A stretch of 38,849 nt of DNA from an uncultured Ignavibacteriales bacterium (GTDB lineage Bacteria > Zixibacteria > MSB-5A5 > GN15 > JAAZOE01), in NCBI GenBank assembly GCA_964611355.1, contig CAZSYD010000019.1, forward strand, positions 1 through 38,849. Direction: 5' to 3'. Under the pieces are notes generated by a model that saw only the letters and a program-made list of their open reading frames with translations, was not told the origin of the DNA and made no database searches. Shown piece by piece: positions 18,784 to 27,766 of this stretch. The translations under genes were made by a program, and so were the position numbers. The number at the start of each line of letters is the position of its first letter. Positions within the stretch are counted from its first letter, which is position 1.

Positions 18784-18812
18784 TTGACAACCGCGTGACT
18801 CGTCTCTACTAT
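18784..18812 (+). promoter_or_regulatory. sigma70 promoter for the NSS transporter
   Basis: TTGACA-N17-TACTAT. Confidence 0.75.
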
Positions 18813-18889
18813 GGGACAAACTTTCGGGTAAAATGGTTCGGATTATGCCGCATTTTTTCTAATTTTCCTGGAATTCAGTCGAGGTAATA

Positions 18890-20428
18890 ATGGCGCAAAC
18901 AAGGGAACGTTGGGGAACTAAGCTGGGAGTTATTCTGGCGGTGGCCGGCTCAGCCGTCGGATTGGGAAATTTCCTTCGCTTCCCGGTGCAGGCGGCGCAA
19001 AACGGCGGCGGGGCCTTTATGATCCCATACCTGGTGGCGCTGCTTTTTATCGGTATCCCGATGATGTGGGTGGAATGGACGGCCGGACGGTATGGAGGAG
19101 GATTCGGCCACTCTTCGGCGCCGGGCATTTTTCAGGCTTTATGGAAAAAGAACCCGGCCATTAAATACGTCGGCGTGCTCGGTATCCTCGGCCCGCTCAT
19201 TATCTATATGTTCTATGTTTATATCGAATCATGGACGCTGGCTTACAGCTACTTTTCGTTGACCGGCAAACTTGGAAATACAAGCGACACGGCGATGCTG
19301 ACATCGTTCCTCAAGGGACTCCAGGGAGTGGAGACAAACTCCTATTTCTCAGGTATCGGCGTAGCCATGACATTTTTTGTAATTACCTTTGCCATTAATA
19401 TCGCCATAACCTATTTCGGTATCAGGGGGGGTATTGAAAAAATCTGCTATATCGCCATGCCAACCTTATTTATATTCGGCATTCTACTTGCCATCAGGGT
19501 GCTGACCCTCGACTGGGGATCATTTAACGGTATGGGGCATTTATGGAACCCTGATTTCTCAGCATTAAAATCGCCAAAAGTCTGGCTGGCGGCAACGGGA
19601 CAGATGTTTTTTACCCTGTCGCTTGGCATGGGCGTCATTCTTTCTTATGCCAGTTATCTTAGAAAAACCGACGACGTTCCTTTATCGGGACTTACCGCCG
19701 CCAGCACCAACGAATTTGCGGAAGTTGTCCTAGGCGGATCCATTGTTGTTCCCGCAGCATTTATCCTGATGGGACCGGATGTCCTTGAAAAAATCGCCAG
19801 TGGCGGCCCGTTTGATCTCCCCTTTGTTACCATGTCGGCTCTTTTCGGAACAATTTCTTTTGGGCAGTTGTTCTGCTTCCTCTGGTTTTTCATGCTTTTT
19901 TTGGCCGGAGTCACCTCTTCCATATCGGTCACGCAACCGGTGGTCGGATTTCTGCAGGACGAATTCAAGCTTTCTCGGCAAAAGGCAGTCCTTCTATTCG
20001 GGATTGTCACTTTTATTCTTTGCCAACCGGCGGTCTGGTTCTACGGCAATGGCGTGCTATTTGACCTCGATTTCTGGGGCGGCAACCTCATAATAGTATT
20101 AGGCGCCACCATTGAAATCATTCTTGTCGCCTGGATTTTCGGCATTGATAAGGCCTGGACGGAAATGCATATCGGCTCTAAAATTCGAATCCCCGGTTTT
20201 TTCAAATTCGTGACCAAATATATAACTCCTCTCTTCCTGCTGGGAATCCTCGGGTTCTGGTTCTATGAAGAATGGATTCCGTTTATCATGATGAAAGGAG
20301 TACCTCGGGAAAATATCCCGTATATACTCGGCACCAGACTCGGCCTCCTGGCCATACTTATTATTCTGTGTATTCTGGTCCGGGTAGCATGGCAAAAGCG
20401 CAGGCGCGAAACCGGAAACGAGGTGTAA
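18890..20428 (+). CDS. Na+-dependent NSS/SNF-family amino-acid transporter (LeuT-like)
   Basis: RERW...AGSAVGLGNFLRFPVQAAQNGGGAFMIPY, QMFFTLSLG and AGVTSSIS; about 12 TM segments. Confidence 0.95.
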   Translation: MAQTRERWGTKLGVILAVAGSAVGLGNFLRFPVQAAQNGGGAFMIPYLVALLFIGIPMMWVEWTAGRYGGGFGHSSAPGIFQALWKKNPAIKYVGVLGILGPLIIYMFYVYIESWTLAYSYFSLTGKLGNTSDTAMLTSFLKGLQGVETNSYFSGIGVAMTFFVITFAINIAITYFGIRGGIEKICYIAMPTLFIFGILLAIRVLTLDWGSFNGMGHLWNPDFSALKSPKVWLAATGQMFFTLSLGMGVILSYASYLRKTDDVPLSGLTAASTNEFAEVVLGGSIVVPAAFILMGPDVLEKIASGGPFDLPFVTMSALFGTISFGQLFCFLWFFMLFLAGVTSSISVTQPVVGFLQDEFKLSRQKAVLLFGIVTFILCQPAVWFYGNGVLFDLDFWGGNLIIVLGATIEIILVAWIFGIDKAWTEMHIGSKIRIPGFFKFVTKYITPLFLLGILGFWFYEEWIPFIMMKGVPRENIPYILGTRLGLLAILIILCILVRVAWQKRRRETGNEV

Positions 20429-20429
20429 G

Positions 20430-20540
20430 ATGAATTTAGGCGGTTGGATAATGCTGACAATTATGTGGGGCGGCGTCTTTGTTATCGGGATATACTGTTT
20501 CGGCAAAATCCTCTCTGAAGAAAACAACACCGATCTGTAG
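20430..20540 (+). CDS. Small single-TM protein, MetS-like NSS transporter small subunit (36 aa)
   Basis: MNLGGWIMLTIMWGGVFVIGIYCFGKILSEENNTDL*; GAGGTG SD; starts 1 nt after the transporter stop. Confidence 0.8.
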   Translation: MNLGGWIMLTIMWGGVFVIGIYCFGKILSEENNTDL

Positions 20541-20645
20541 GTCGGCGGGCTGTCTTTTCAGCATGCTTATGCAATGGCGGCAGCGCTAATCTCCCTTCAA
20601 GCGACCGCAAGCAATAATCAACTCCAATGCCCTAAAACTGAATCT

Positions 20646-21755
20646 TTATGCTTCTTCAGATTCAGCCCGGCGAAGATAATCCAGACCGATCTTTTTCAAA
20701 CCGTCCTTGTCTGCATCTTTCATATTTTTAGAATCCAAAAACCTCTCAAACGCCCGATCAAGTCTTCCGAGATTGATATCGGCGTATAATGTTTCTTCCG
20801 GCTTTTCCTCTTTTTCAAAACGGATATCAAGTGCGAAAGCTTCTTTTTTCAATTCCGCGATCCTGTCGAAGGGAAGCGAGCGATATGTTTCCTCGGAAAT
20901 ATCAGTCAGCCTGACGCGAATTATTTTGTCTTCCGGGTTTTGCTCTTTGATTTTTTGTTCCAGTTTGGCCATAATCTGTTCAGCCGATTTCCCTTTTGAT
21001 TCGATGGCGGGCAGATCAAGCATCACGCGCGATTTAATCTCATGAAATTTGATTTTATCTTCCTCTTTGGCCTTTTCAAAATCGACTTCTATAAATCCCT
21101 TGGGGTGATTTGCTTCGGCCTGAGAAAGCCGCTCCGTGGAACCGCAATAGTAAACCATCGGCTCGACCCGGGTGAAATTATGATAATGGCCTAATGCAAC
21201 GTAATCAAAACCACGGCGGAAATAGGACGAGTCGATTTCCTGTTCGGCGAGATCGGCCATTTGAAATTCCTTTATCCCTCCCACTACACCATGCAGTACC
21301 AAAATATTATATTCTGCGCCCGCGTCAGGCCCTATTTTTTCGAGCTCTTCTTTCAATATATCAACGGTCATGCAGTGAGGTATGGCCGATATCGAGCAAT
21401 CGCCGATAGTTATCCGTTCATAACGCGACCGGCAAATAACATGGATATTTTCATATTCCTTAAATATGGATAAAACCGGTTCGATCTGTCTCTGTTTGGG
21501 CGCATCATGATTTCCGGAAATAACGACGGTCGGAATGCCCGCTTCCCGTCCAAGCCTGAGAAGCTGTTGCGACGCGAAAGCGATTACCCGATTGGAAGGT
21601 CGGACGAGGTGGAACATATCGCCGGAATTTATGACCAAATCCGGCTTGAGGGCTATAATCCTGTCCACCGCCTCGGCGAAACCGTCGAGAATATCCTGCT
21701 CCCGTCGGTTAACGCCGGCTCCCAAATGATTATCGGCAAAATGAATCAAACGCAT
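20646..21755 (-). CDS. sbcD: SbcD/Mre11-family DNA repair nuclease (metallophosphoesterase)
   Basis: FADNHLG, SGDMFH, SGNHD, LHG, ALGHYH and YCGSTER. Confidence 0.9.
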   Translation of the reverse strand: MRLIHFADNHLGAGVNRREQDILDGFAEAVDRIIALKPDLVINSGDMFHLVRPSNRVIAFASQQLLRLGREAGIPTVVISGNHDAPKQRQIEPVLSIFKEYENIHVICRSRYERITIGDCSISAIPHCMTVDILKEELEKIGPDAGAEYNILVLHGVVGGIKEFQMADLAEQEIDSSYFRRGFDYVALGHYHNFTRVEPMVYYCGSTERLSQAEANHPKGFIEVDFEKAKEEDKIKFHEIKSRVMLDLPAIESKGKSAEQIMAKLEQKIKEQNPEDKIIRVRLTDISEETYRSLPFDRIAELKKEAFALDIRFEKEEKPEETLYADINLGRLDRAFERFLDSKNMKDADKDGLKKIGLDYLRRAESEEA

Positions 21756-21785
21756 AGCTATCTCAGTTCCCGGGTAACATCAACG

Positions 21786-21814
21786 AATATACTCGGCTCT
21801 TCAAAAAGCGGCAA
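21786..21814 (-). promoter_or_regulatory. sigma70 promoter for sbcD
   Basis: TTGCCG-N17-TATATT. Confidence 0.55.
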
Positions 21815-21863
21815 GCGATTATTGATAACTGATAATGCAGAAAAGAAATTAAATTAAAGCAGA

Positions 21864-23297
21864 TTAATAAATACCGTATTTGCTGATTCTGTCGCGCAGG
21901 GTATTGCGCGAGATGCCCAGCATCTCGGATGCTTTGACCTGATTGGAGTTGCAATGCTTAAGGCAGGCCGATATCAACGCCTTTTCCATCGATGACTGCA
22001 TCAAATGATAAACACGCCCTTCGCCGCTGGCGATGAGCTTGGGGAAAACCTGGTCGATGAGCTGGGCAAACATTTCGGTATAATTGTCCTGAAGTTGCTC
22101 CAAGTCTATTTCAACCTTGTTGGAACCCTCGCTAACAATGGAGAAATCCTCGGGTTGCAGGATATCTGATTTGGCCATTACCATAGCGGTATGGATGTTG
22201 TTTTCCAGCTCCCGGACGTTGCCGGGCCAGATATATCTCTGCAAAACCGGCTTGGCTTTCCTGGAAATCGAGCGTACGCTTTTGCCCATGGTTTGGTTGT
22301 ATTTTCTAATGAAGTGATCGACCAGAAGAGGAATATCGTCTTTCCGTTCGCGAAGCGGCGGCACATAAATGGAAACGACTTTCAAGCGGTAAAAAAGATC
22401 GACCCGGAAGGTACCTTCTTTCATGCACTGCACCAGCGATTTGTTGGTGGCGGCAATCACGCGAACGTCGACTTTAATGGTTTCGTTTCCACCCAGGCGC
22501 TCGAACTCTTTTTCCTGGAGCACGCGGAGCACCTTCCCCTGCGTCAGCATCGACATATCGCCTATTTCGTCAAGGAAAATGGTGCCGCCGTCGCATTGTT
22601 CAAACTTTCCGATTCGTTTGAAATAGGCTCCGGTGAAAGCGCCCTTTTCGTGACCAAAAAGCTCCGACTCCAGAAGCGTATCCGACAAAGCCGCACAGTT
22701 GACCGAGAGAAAGGTCTTGCTTCGGCGAAGGCTGTTGCGATGAATGGCGTGCGCAATAAGTTCCTTGCCGGTGCCTGATTCGCCAAAGACCAAAACAGCA
22801 GCATCGGTCTTAGCCACCTGCCCGATCAGCTTGGCTATTTCGACCATCTCGGGTGACTGACCGATGATTTCATCGGTGGTGTTTTCTTCTTCCGGTTGTG
22901 CCGGCTGGTCCCGTGAAGGTTCCGCACCATGCGAAAACCCGCACGCTTTATTGACCATTTCTATTAGTTTATCCACTTCAAACGGCTTGGTGATATATTC
23001 GAATGCTCCGTCGCGCATCGCTTCCATGGCGTTTTCGGTGGAAATGAATCCTGAAATAACAATCACGGGAAGTTTCTGATCGATCTTTTTAATATCTCTC
23101 AGCAGGTCAAGGCCGGAACAGGACGGCAGATTAACATCCAACATTACCAAATCAAGCTTGTTTCTATTTTCGGAAATAAAGCAAGCCGTTTCCTGCCCGT
23201 CATCAAGATGATGGAAGGTATATTTTCTCGGATCAAATAAATCCATAACTGACTGAGAAAGTTCTATGTCATCATCGACCAAAAGTACATTCTTCAT
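21864..23297 (-). CDS. sigma54-dependent response regulator (NtrC/AtoC family)
   Basis: Receiver (LLVDDD...MLDV), Walker A GESGTGKE, GAFTGA, FLDEIG, WPGNVRELEN and a Fis-type HTH (NQVKASEMLGISRNTLR). Confidence 0.95.
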   Translation of the reverse strand: MKNVLLVDDDIELSQSVMDLFDPRKYTFHHLDDGQETACFISENRNKLDLVMLDVNLPSCSGLDLLRDIKKIDQKLPVIVISGFISTENAMEAMRDGAFEYITKPFEVDKLIEMVNKACGFSHGAEPSRDQPAQPEEENTTDEIIGQSPEMVEIAKLIGQVAKTDAAVLVFGESGTGKELIAHAIHRNSLRRSKTFLSVNCAALSDTLLESELFGHEKGAFTGAYFKRIGKFEQCDGGTIFLDEIGDMSMLTQGKVLRVLQEKEFERLGGNETIKVDVRVIAATNKSLVQCMKEGTFRVDLFYRLKVVSIYVPPLRERKDDIPLLVDHFIRKYNQTMGKSVRSISRKAKPVLQRYIWPGNVRELENNIHTAMVMAKSDILQPEDFSIVSEGSNKVEIDLEQLQDNYTEMFAQLIDQVFPKLIASGEGRVYHLMQSSMEKALISACLKHCNSNQVKASEMLGISRNTLRDRISKYGIY

Positions 23298-23335
23298 CCC
23301 ATATGTTCCCCATAAGATATTATGGTATAGTACAA

Positions 23336-23362
23336 TAATCGGTTGTTAGGAGATTAATTTTA
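23336..23362 (-). promoter_or_regulatory. sigma28-like promoter candidate for the NtrC-family gene
   Basis: TAAA-N15-ACCGATTA, directly downstream of a terminator-like hairpin. Confidence 0.4.
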
Positions 23363-23367
23363 GCGGG

Positions 23368-23395
23368 AAAAGCGCAAAATCTTTGCCTTTTGCGC
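23368..23395 (-). terminator. Putative intrinsic terminator after prsR
   Basis: GCGCAAAA-N8-TTTTGCGC followed by TTTT on the minus strand. Confidence 0.55.
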
Positions 23396-23403
23396 CGGTC
23401 GGA

Positions 23404-24759
23404 TCATTTCCTGAGCTTATATTTTTCGATCAAATCATAAAGGGTGGTACGGCTGGTTTCCAATTCACGACTTACCCGGGAAATATTCCAGCTATTCCGG
23501 GCCAGAGATTCAGCCAGACAGGTTTTTTCCGCCTCCTCCCGGATCACCTGGAGGGTACGCGGTTTTACCGCGCCGCGCCCTTCCGAAGGCAACGCCAGAT
23601 CCTGCGGTTTTATTTTTTTATCCTGGGCCATGACTACCGCCCGCTTTATCTTGTTCTCCAGTTCCCGGACATTGCCCGGCCACCGGTAAGCAAGAATGGC
23701 CTTGGCCGCCGCCTCGGAAAACGACAAGCCGGGCCTGTTGTTCTCGAGTCCGTACCGATTAAGGAAGCTGTTGGCCAGGAGAAGGATATCGTCTTCCCGT
23801 TCCCTTAAAGGAGGCATATCGATAGTAATGACCGAGATTCGGTAATAAAGGTCTTCCCGAAAAGAGCTTTTCTTAACCAGCTCTGCCATATTTCGATTGC
23901 TGGCGACCAGTATCCTAACATCAAGGCTGATTGACTCGGAGCCGCCGATCCGCTCGATTATATTATCCTCCAGAAATCGAAGTAGTTTAACCTGCAACGG
24001 CAGCGGCATCTCACCGATTTCGTCCAGGAAAATGGTGCCGCCGTCAGCCAGTTCAAATCGGCCCCGCTTACGGGTATGAGCATCCGTAAAAGCGCCTTTC
24101 TCGTGGCCGAATAATTCCGATTCAAGCAAGTTTTCCGGGATCGCCCCGCAGTTTATGGGGACGAAAGGCTTACTGCCACGGGGACTGGAGGAATGAATAG
24201 CCCGGGATACCAGTTCCTTGCCGGTCCCTGATTCACCGGTAATCAGGATGGTATAATTGGTGCCGGAGACGGTCCTTATTATCTCGTAGACTTCGCGCAT
24301 CTTTTCGGAGTCGCCGATGATTTGCTCAAAGGTTTTCCGACGCGCCAGTTCGGAAGCCATTTCGCTGTTTTCCCGCTCTAATTGAGAGACACGGACCGCT
24401 CTTTCAATAATTATTTTAAGCTGGTCCAGATCGACCGGCTTGCTGAAGAAATCATAGGCGCCCAGCCTAATGGCTGTCAGGGCATTCTCCTTTTCGCCAT
24501 GTCCGGTAACCATAATGACCTTGCAAAAGGAGTTAATATCCAGATACTTCTCAATAAGGTTCAGGCCCTCGGCGGCTCCCTCTCGCGGAGTAAGAGAAAT
24601 ATCCTGCAAAACCACCGGAGGACGGTGTTTTACAGCTATTGATAATGCCTCTTCTCCACCAGACGCTTCAAATACATCGTAATTGTCAGCCAACGACCAT
24701 TTCAGTTGCGACCTGATCCCTTCCTCGTCGTCGACAATCAGAACAGTACTTTTTTCCAA
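23404..24759 (-). CDS. prsR: PEP-CTERM-system sigma54 response regulator PrsR-like
   Basis: N-terminal LIVDDEEGIRSQLKWSL and KVIMVTG..EKENALTAIRLGAYDFFSKP are characteristic of PrsR; AAA+ domain with GAFTDA. TTG start 1 nt after the prsK stop. Confidence 0.85.
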   Translation of the reverse strand: MEKSTVLIVDDEEGIRSQLKWSLADNYDVFEASGGEEALSIAVKHRPPVVLQDISLTPREGAAEGLNLIEKYLDINSFCKVIMVTGHGEKENALTAIRLGAYDFFSKPVDLDQLKIIIERAVRVSQLERENSEMASELARRKTFEQIIGDSEKMREVYEIIRTVSGTNYTILITGESGTGKELVSRAIHSSSPRGSKPFVPINCGAIPENLLESELFGHEKGAFTDAHTRKRGRFELADGGTIFLDEIGEMPLPLQVKLLRFLEDNIIERIGGSESISLDVRILVASNRNMAELVKKSSFREDLYYRISVITIDMPPLREREDDILLLANSFLNRYGLENNRPGLSFSEAAAKAILAYRWPGNVRELENKIKRAVVMAQDKKIKPQDLALPSEGRGAVKPRTLQVIREEAEKTCLAESLARNSWNISRVSRELETSRTTLYDLIEKYKLRK

Positions 24760-24760
24760 T

Positions 24761-26857
24761 CTATTCCTCTCCCGGCAAATAGATCACAAATTCAGCGCCT
24801 GCCCCCGGCTTGCTGGTAACTTCTATTTTCCCCCTATGAGCCTTGATTATCTCCCGCGACTGATACATGCCGATCCCCAATCCGTGCGGCTTGGTGGACC
24901 TGAACGGCTTAAACAGTCGGGTGGAAATAAACTCCGGCTCCATCCCCGGACCGGTATCGCGAAATGAAACAGCCACCATTCCGGGGGGTTGATTCTGAGA
25001 GAGCTTAATCTCCAATCTTCCGCCTTCTGGCATCGCTTCCACGGCATTCATTACCAGGTTGTCAAAAACCGATTCGATTTTTTCCGGATCGACAATAACA
25101 AATGTCCCTTCGTCTATATCAAAACGAAGCTCAATTGATTTAAGCGTGTCGAACTTGATCCTATTCAGGGTTTTTCTAATTAAACCGGCCAGATCAACTT
25201 TCTCAAAAGATAATTTATCATCGATTTTCTGTCCGGTCAATCGCGATATTATCTTTTTCTGGCGATCAACGGCCCTGGTTATGGTTACCATCGCCTCCTT
25301 TTGAAACTCCGGGTTGTCTATATTCCTTTCGGCGTTTTGCAAAAGCATGGACAGCATGCCCACGGAATTTTTAAGGTCATGCAGCACAAACGACGATATT
25401 CGATGAAACGATTCGATTTCTCTGGAAACAACCAGCTCATCGGTCATACGGGCGCTCAGGATAGTCAACGCCACCGGGTTGGCGGCAGCCTCAATGAAAC
25501 CTATCTCATGCGAGGTCAAATCCCGGCCGCTGCTGTGCCGGCCGATCCCCCAGAATCCCAGAAACTGCTGCCGGGCAACAAAGGGAACCAGGAGAAAAAG
25601 TTCAAATGGGATAGATTTTTCGAGCGCTGTCAGTTCTTCGGCCTCGCGCGAGGCTTTCTCCCTTAAGGTGACTACTTCTACCGGATGAGCAAACCGATAC
25701 AGCCAATCGGACAGAAGCTGCAAACGGTCACCCGGGATACCCCGGTCGATTCCGTCGCCGGAGTAAAGAGCAAAATTCTCCGAAGGCGCCGTTTCCCGAA
25801 CAACAAAAACAATGCGGTCGATTTTCATTAACCGGTGAAGCAGGCGGCTGGTACAATCATAGATGGCGTCCAGATTGAGGATTACCGAAACCTCTTCGGT
25901 AAACTCTTTCCATTCCTCGGCGTAAACGCCTTTCCCTGAAACGGGCGCCGGCGGTGAAGAGACGGCTTTCAGGCGAGAGCGAATTGCCTGCGAAACAACA
26001 AGCAGCATAAAAGTAACGACCAGCAGGATAAGAACCGCCACGGAAAAAAATAACCCCTCGTTGAGGTTGTACTTGACGAGCAGTTCTCCCACCAGCCCGA
26101 TAACTAAAAAGTATATGCCGACGATTACGATAACTATAGACGAATAAATTCCTTTACGGGTCAGGATAACTCCGTCGTCTGCGGGATTAAAAATCATATA
26201 ATGACGCATTACGATGAGAGCGACCAGGGCCGCCAGTAGATAGGTAATAACAAGCATCAGGTCGCTGACCTGATGATACAGCACGGCCACCGTGGCCGCC
26301 GCCAGCAGCCCGACACCGTATGCCAAAAGAGGAGAAAACGACTTTTTTATTTTTTCCCGAGTCAGGCCAAGTGAAGAGCGGTAGCAGGTTTCAATTGCGT
26401 ACATCCCCGCCGTAACGCAGACGATAAGAAAAGCGCCGAGCCAGAAATACCAGCCTCCCAGATCAAGGTACCATCGTTTTTCAAGGAGAGTAAGATCAAT
26501 GCCTCTTGTCATCGACAAGGAGATAAAAAAGACCGCGGAAACCAGAAAAGTCCCTCTTAAAATGATTTTACCGGCCGGTCTTTGCTCGCTATCGTCCAGG
26601 CCCCATCGACTCCCCAGCCAGTACCAGGCCGAGGGCAAAAATGATATATAAAAAAAGAGGAGAATATACCCGAAGCTCCACAATGACGGATTCTGACCGG
26701 TTTCGATACCGGCGGCCAGGATCCCAAGCAGGTTAACGAAGATAAAAAACAGAAACGGCCGGACGTATCGATCGGCCTTTCTCTTGCGAATTACAAAAAA
26801 GGCCGTAACCAGAAGAACGAAACCGGAAAGCAAATTGATAACTTGCAGAAGATCCAT
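24761..26857 (-). CDS. prsK: PEP-CTERM-system sensor histidine kinase PrsK-like (698 aa)
   Basis: About 8 N-terminal TM segments, GAF-like region, EIESFHRISSFVLHDLKN, NAERNIDNPEFQ, DTGPGM, LFKPFRSTK and GLGIGMYQSREI. Confidence 0.88.
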   Translation of the reverse strand: MDLLQVINLLSGFVLLVTAFFVIRKRKADRYVRPFLFFIFVNLLGILAAGIETGQNPSLWSFGYILLFFYISFLPSAWYWLGSRWGLDDSEQRPAGKIILRGTFLVSAVFFISLSMTRGIDLTLLEKRWYLDLGGWYFWLGAFLIVCVTAGMYAIETCYRSSLGLTREKIKKSFSPLLAYGVGLLAAATVAVLYHQVSDLMLVITYLLAALVALIVMRHYMIFNPADDGVILTRKGIYSSIVIVIVGIYFLVIGLVGELLVKYNLNEGLFFSVAVLILLVVTFMLLVVSQAIRSRLKAVSSPPAPVSGKGVYAEEWKEFTEEVSVILNLDAIYDCTSRLLHRLMKIDRIVFVVRETAPSENFALYSGDGIDRGIPGDRLQLLSDWLYRFAHPVEVVTLREKASREAEELTALEKSIPFELFLLVPFVARQQFLGFWGIGRHSSGRDLTSHEIGFIEAAANPVALTILSARMTDELVVSREIESFHRISSFVLHDLKNSVGMLSMLLQNAERNIDNPEFQKEAMVTITRAVDRQKKIISRLTGQKIDDKLSFEKVDLAGLIRKTLNRIKFDTLKSIELRFDIDEGTFVIVDPEKIESVFDNLVMNAVEAMPEGGRLEIKLSQNQPPGMVAVSFRDTGPGMEPEFISTRLFKPFRSTKPHGLGIGMYQSREIIKAHRGKIEVTSKPGAGAEFVIYLPGEE

Positions 26858-26860
26858 CGA

Positions 26861-27715
26861 TTAATCGGACCGGTCCATATAGAATTTTACCGACGTCCCA
26901 AGGAAGATAAAATTAATAATGACATCAACGGCGATGGAGATAACAACCAGGTAGAAAACCAGTTCGGGAAAGAAATTTGCGACGATATTACTCGACTGGG
27001 ACGCCGCCCAGTTGGGCAGCAAACCGATTAAATAAGGTATCAGCACCAGCCCGAAAGCAACGAACGGATGCCGGGTAAACATACCCAGGGCGCGCCGGAT
27101 GATCTCGCCAAACGACGCCGCTCCCGCCATTATGCTCGGCAACATAAAAACAAATGGCATGTAAATCAAAACCGTCAGGCCCCGCAACGCCACCGACGCA
27201 GCCAGTTGGCGACGCGGTGAAGCTTTCAGGGTAAACCCGATTACATTTTCAATGAAATCGTTGAAGTAAAGATTGACGACATACAGGACAGCTATCAAAA
27301 CCGCCCAGACCACTGTCAGGGAAAAATATCGCCGCAGGGCGTGACCGAAAGAAACGGCCAAAGCGGGGCGTTGACCGCGATAAAGAGCAATCATCAAATC
27401 AATAAAGACGCCAAACAGAAAAGCCTCCGTAATCACGCCGACGGCCAAGCGCGCATTGCCGAAAAAGAAGGGAAACATCTCAAAATGAACAGGGTAATGA
27501 TAAAAAAGGTTGGCCAAATCAGGTTTTATCAAATTCACCCAGGCGGCCACAATCGGGCCGGCTGCCGGGGAGAAGATATGGTAATGCATCAGGGCGATAC
27601 CGAACGCCAGAAAGCCATAGATTAGAAGCGGCAGCCACAGGATGACACGTCCCATCTGGCGGATCGTCTGACCGTATAGAAACCGAAACTCCGAGAATCG
27701 AACTCTATCCGTCAT
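26861..27715 (-). CDS. Hypothetical polytopic membrane protein (284 aa)
   Basis: About 6 hydrophobic segments; AGGTGA SD; ends 3 nt before prsK. Confidence 0.8.
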   Translation of the reverse strand: MTDRVRFSEFRFLYGQTIRQMGRVILWLPLLIYGFLAFGIALMHYHIFSPAAGPIVAAWVNLIKPDLANLFYHYPVHFEMFPFFFGNARLAVGVITEAFLFGVFIDLMIALYRGQRPALAVSFGHALRRYFSLTVVWAVLIAVLYVVNLYFNDFIENVIGFTLKASPRRQLAASVALRGLTVLIYMPFVFMLPSIMAGAASFGEIIRRALGMFTRHPFVAFGLVLIPYLIGLLPNWAASQSSNIVANFFPELVFYLVVISIAVDVIINFIFLGTSVKFYMDRSD

Positions 27716-27766
27716 TACTCACCTGCTTGAACTATACTTCCCGTCGGCGCCCGCCGGACCAAACGG

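Noticed and set aside
26861..27715. Membrane protein next to prsK as the missing exosortase
   Set aside because: It contains no cysteine, so the exosortase Cys-Arg-His catalytic set cannot be present.
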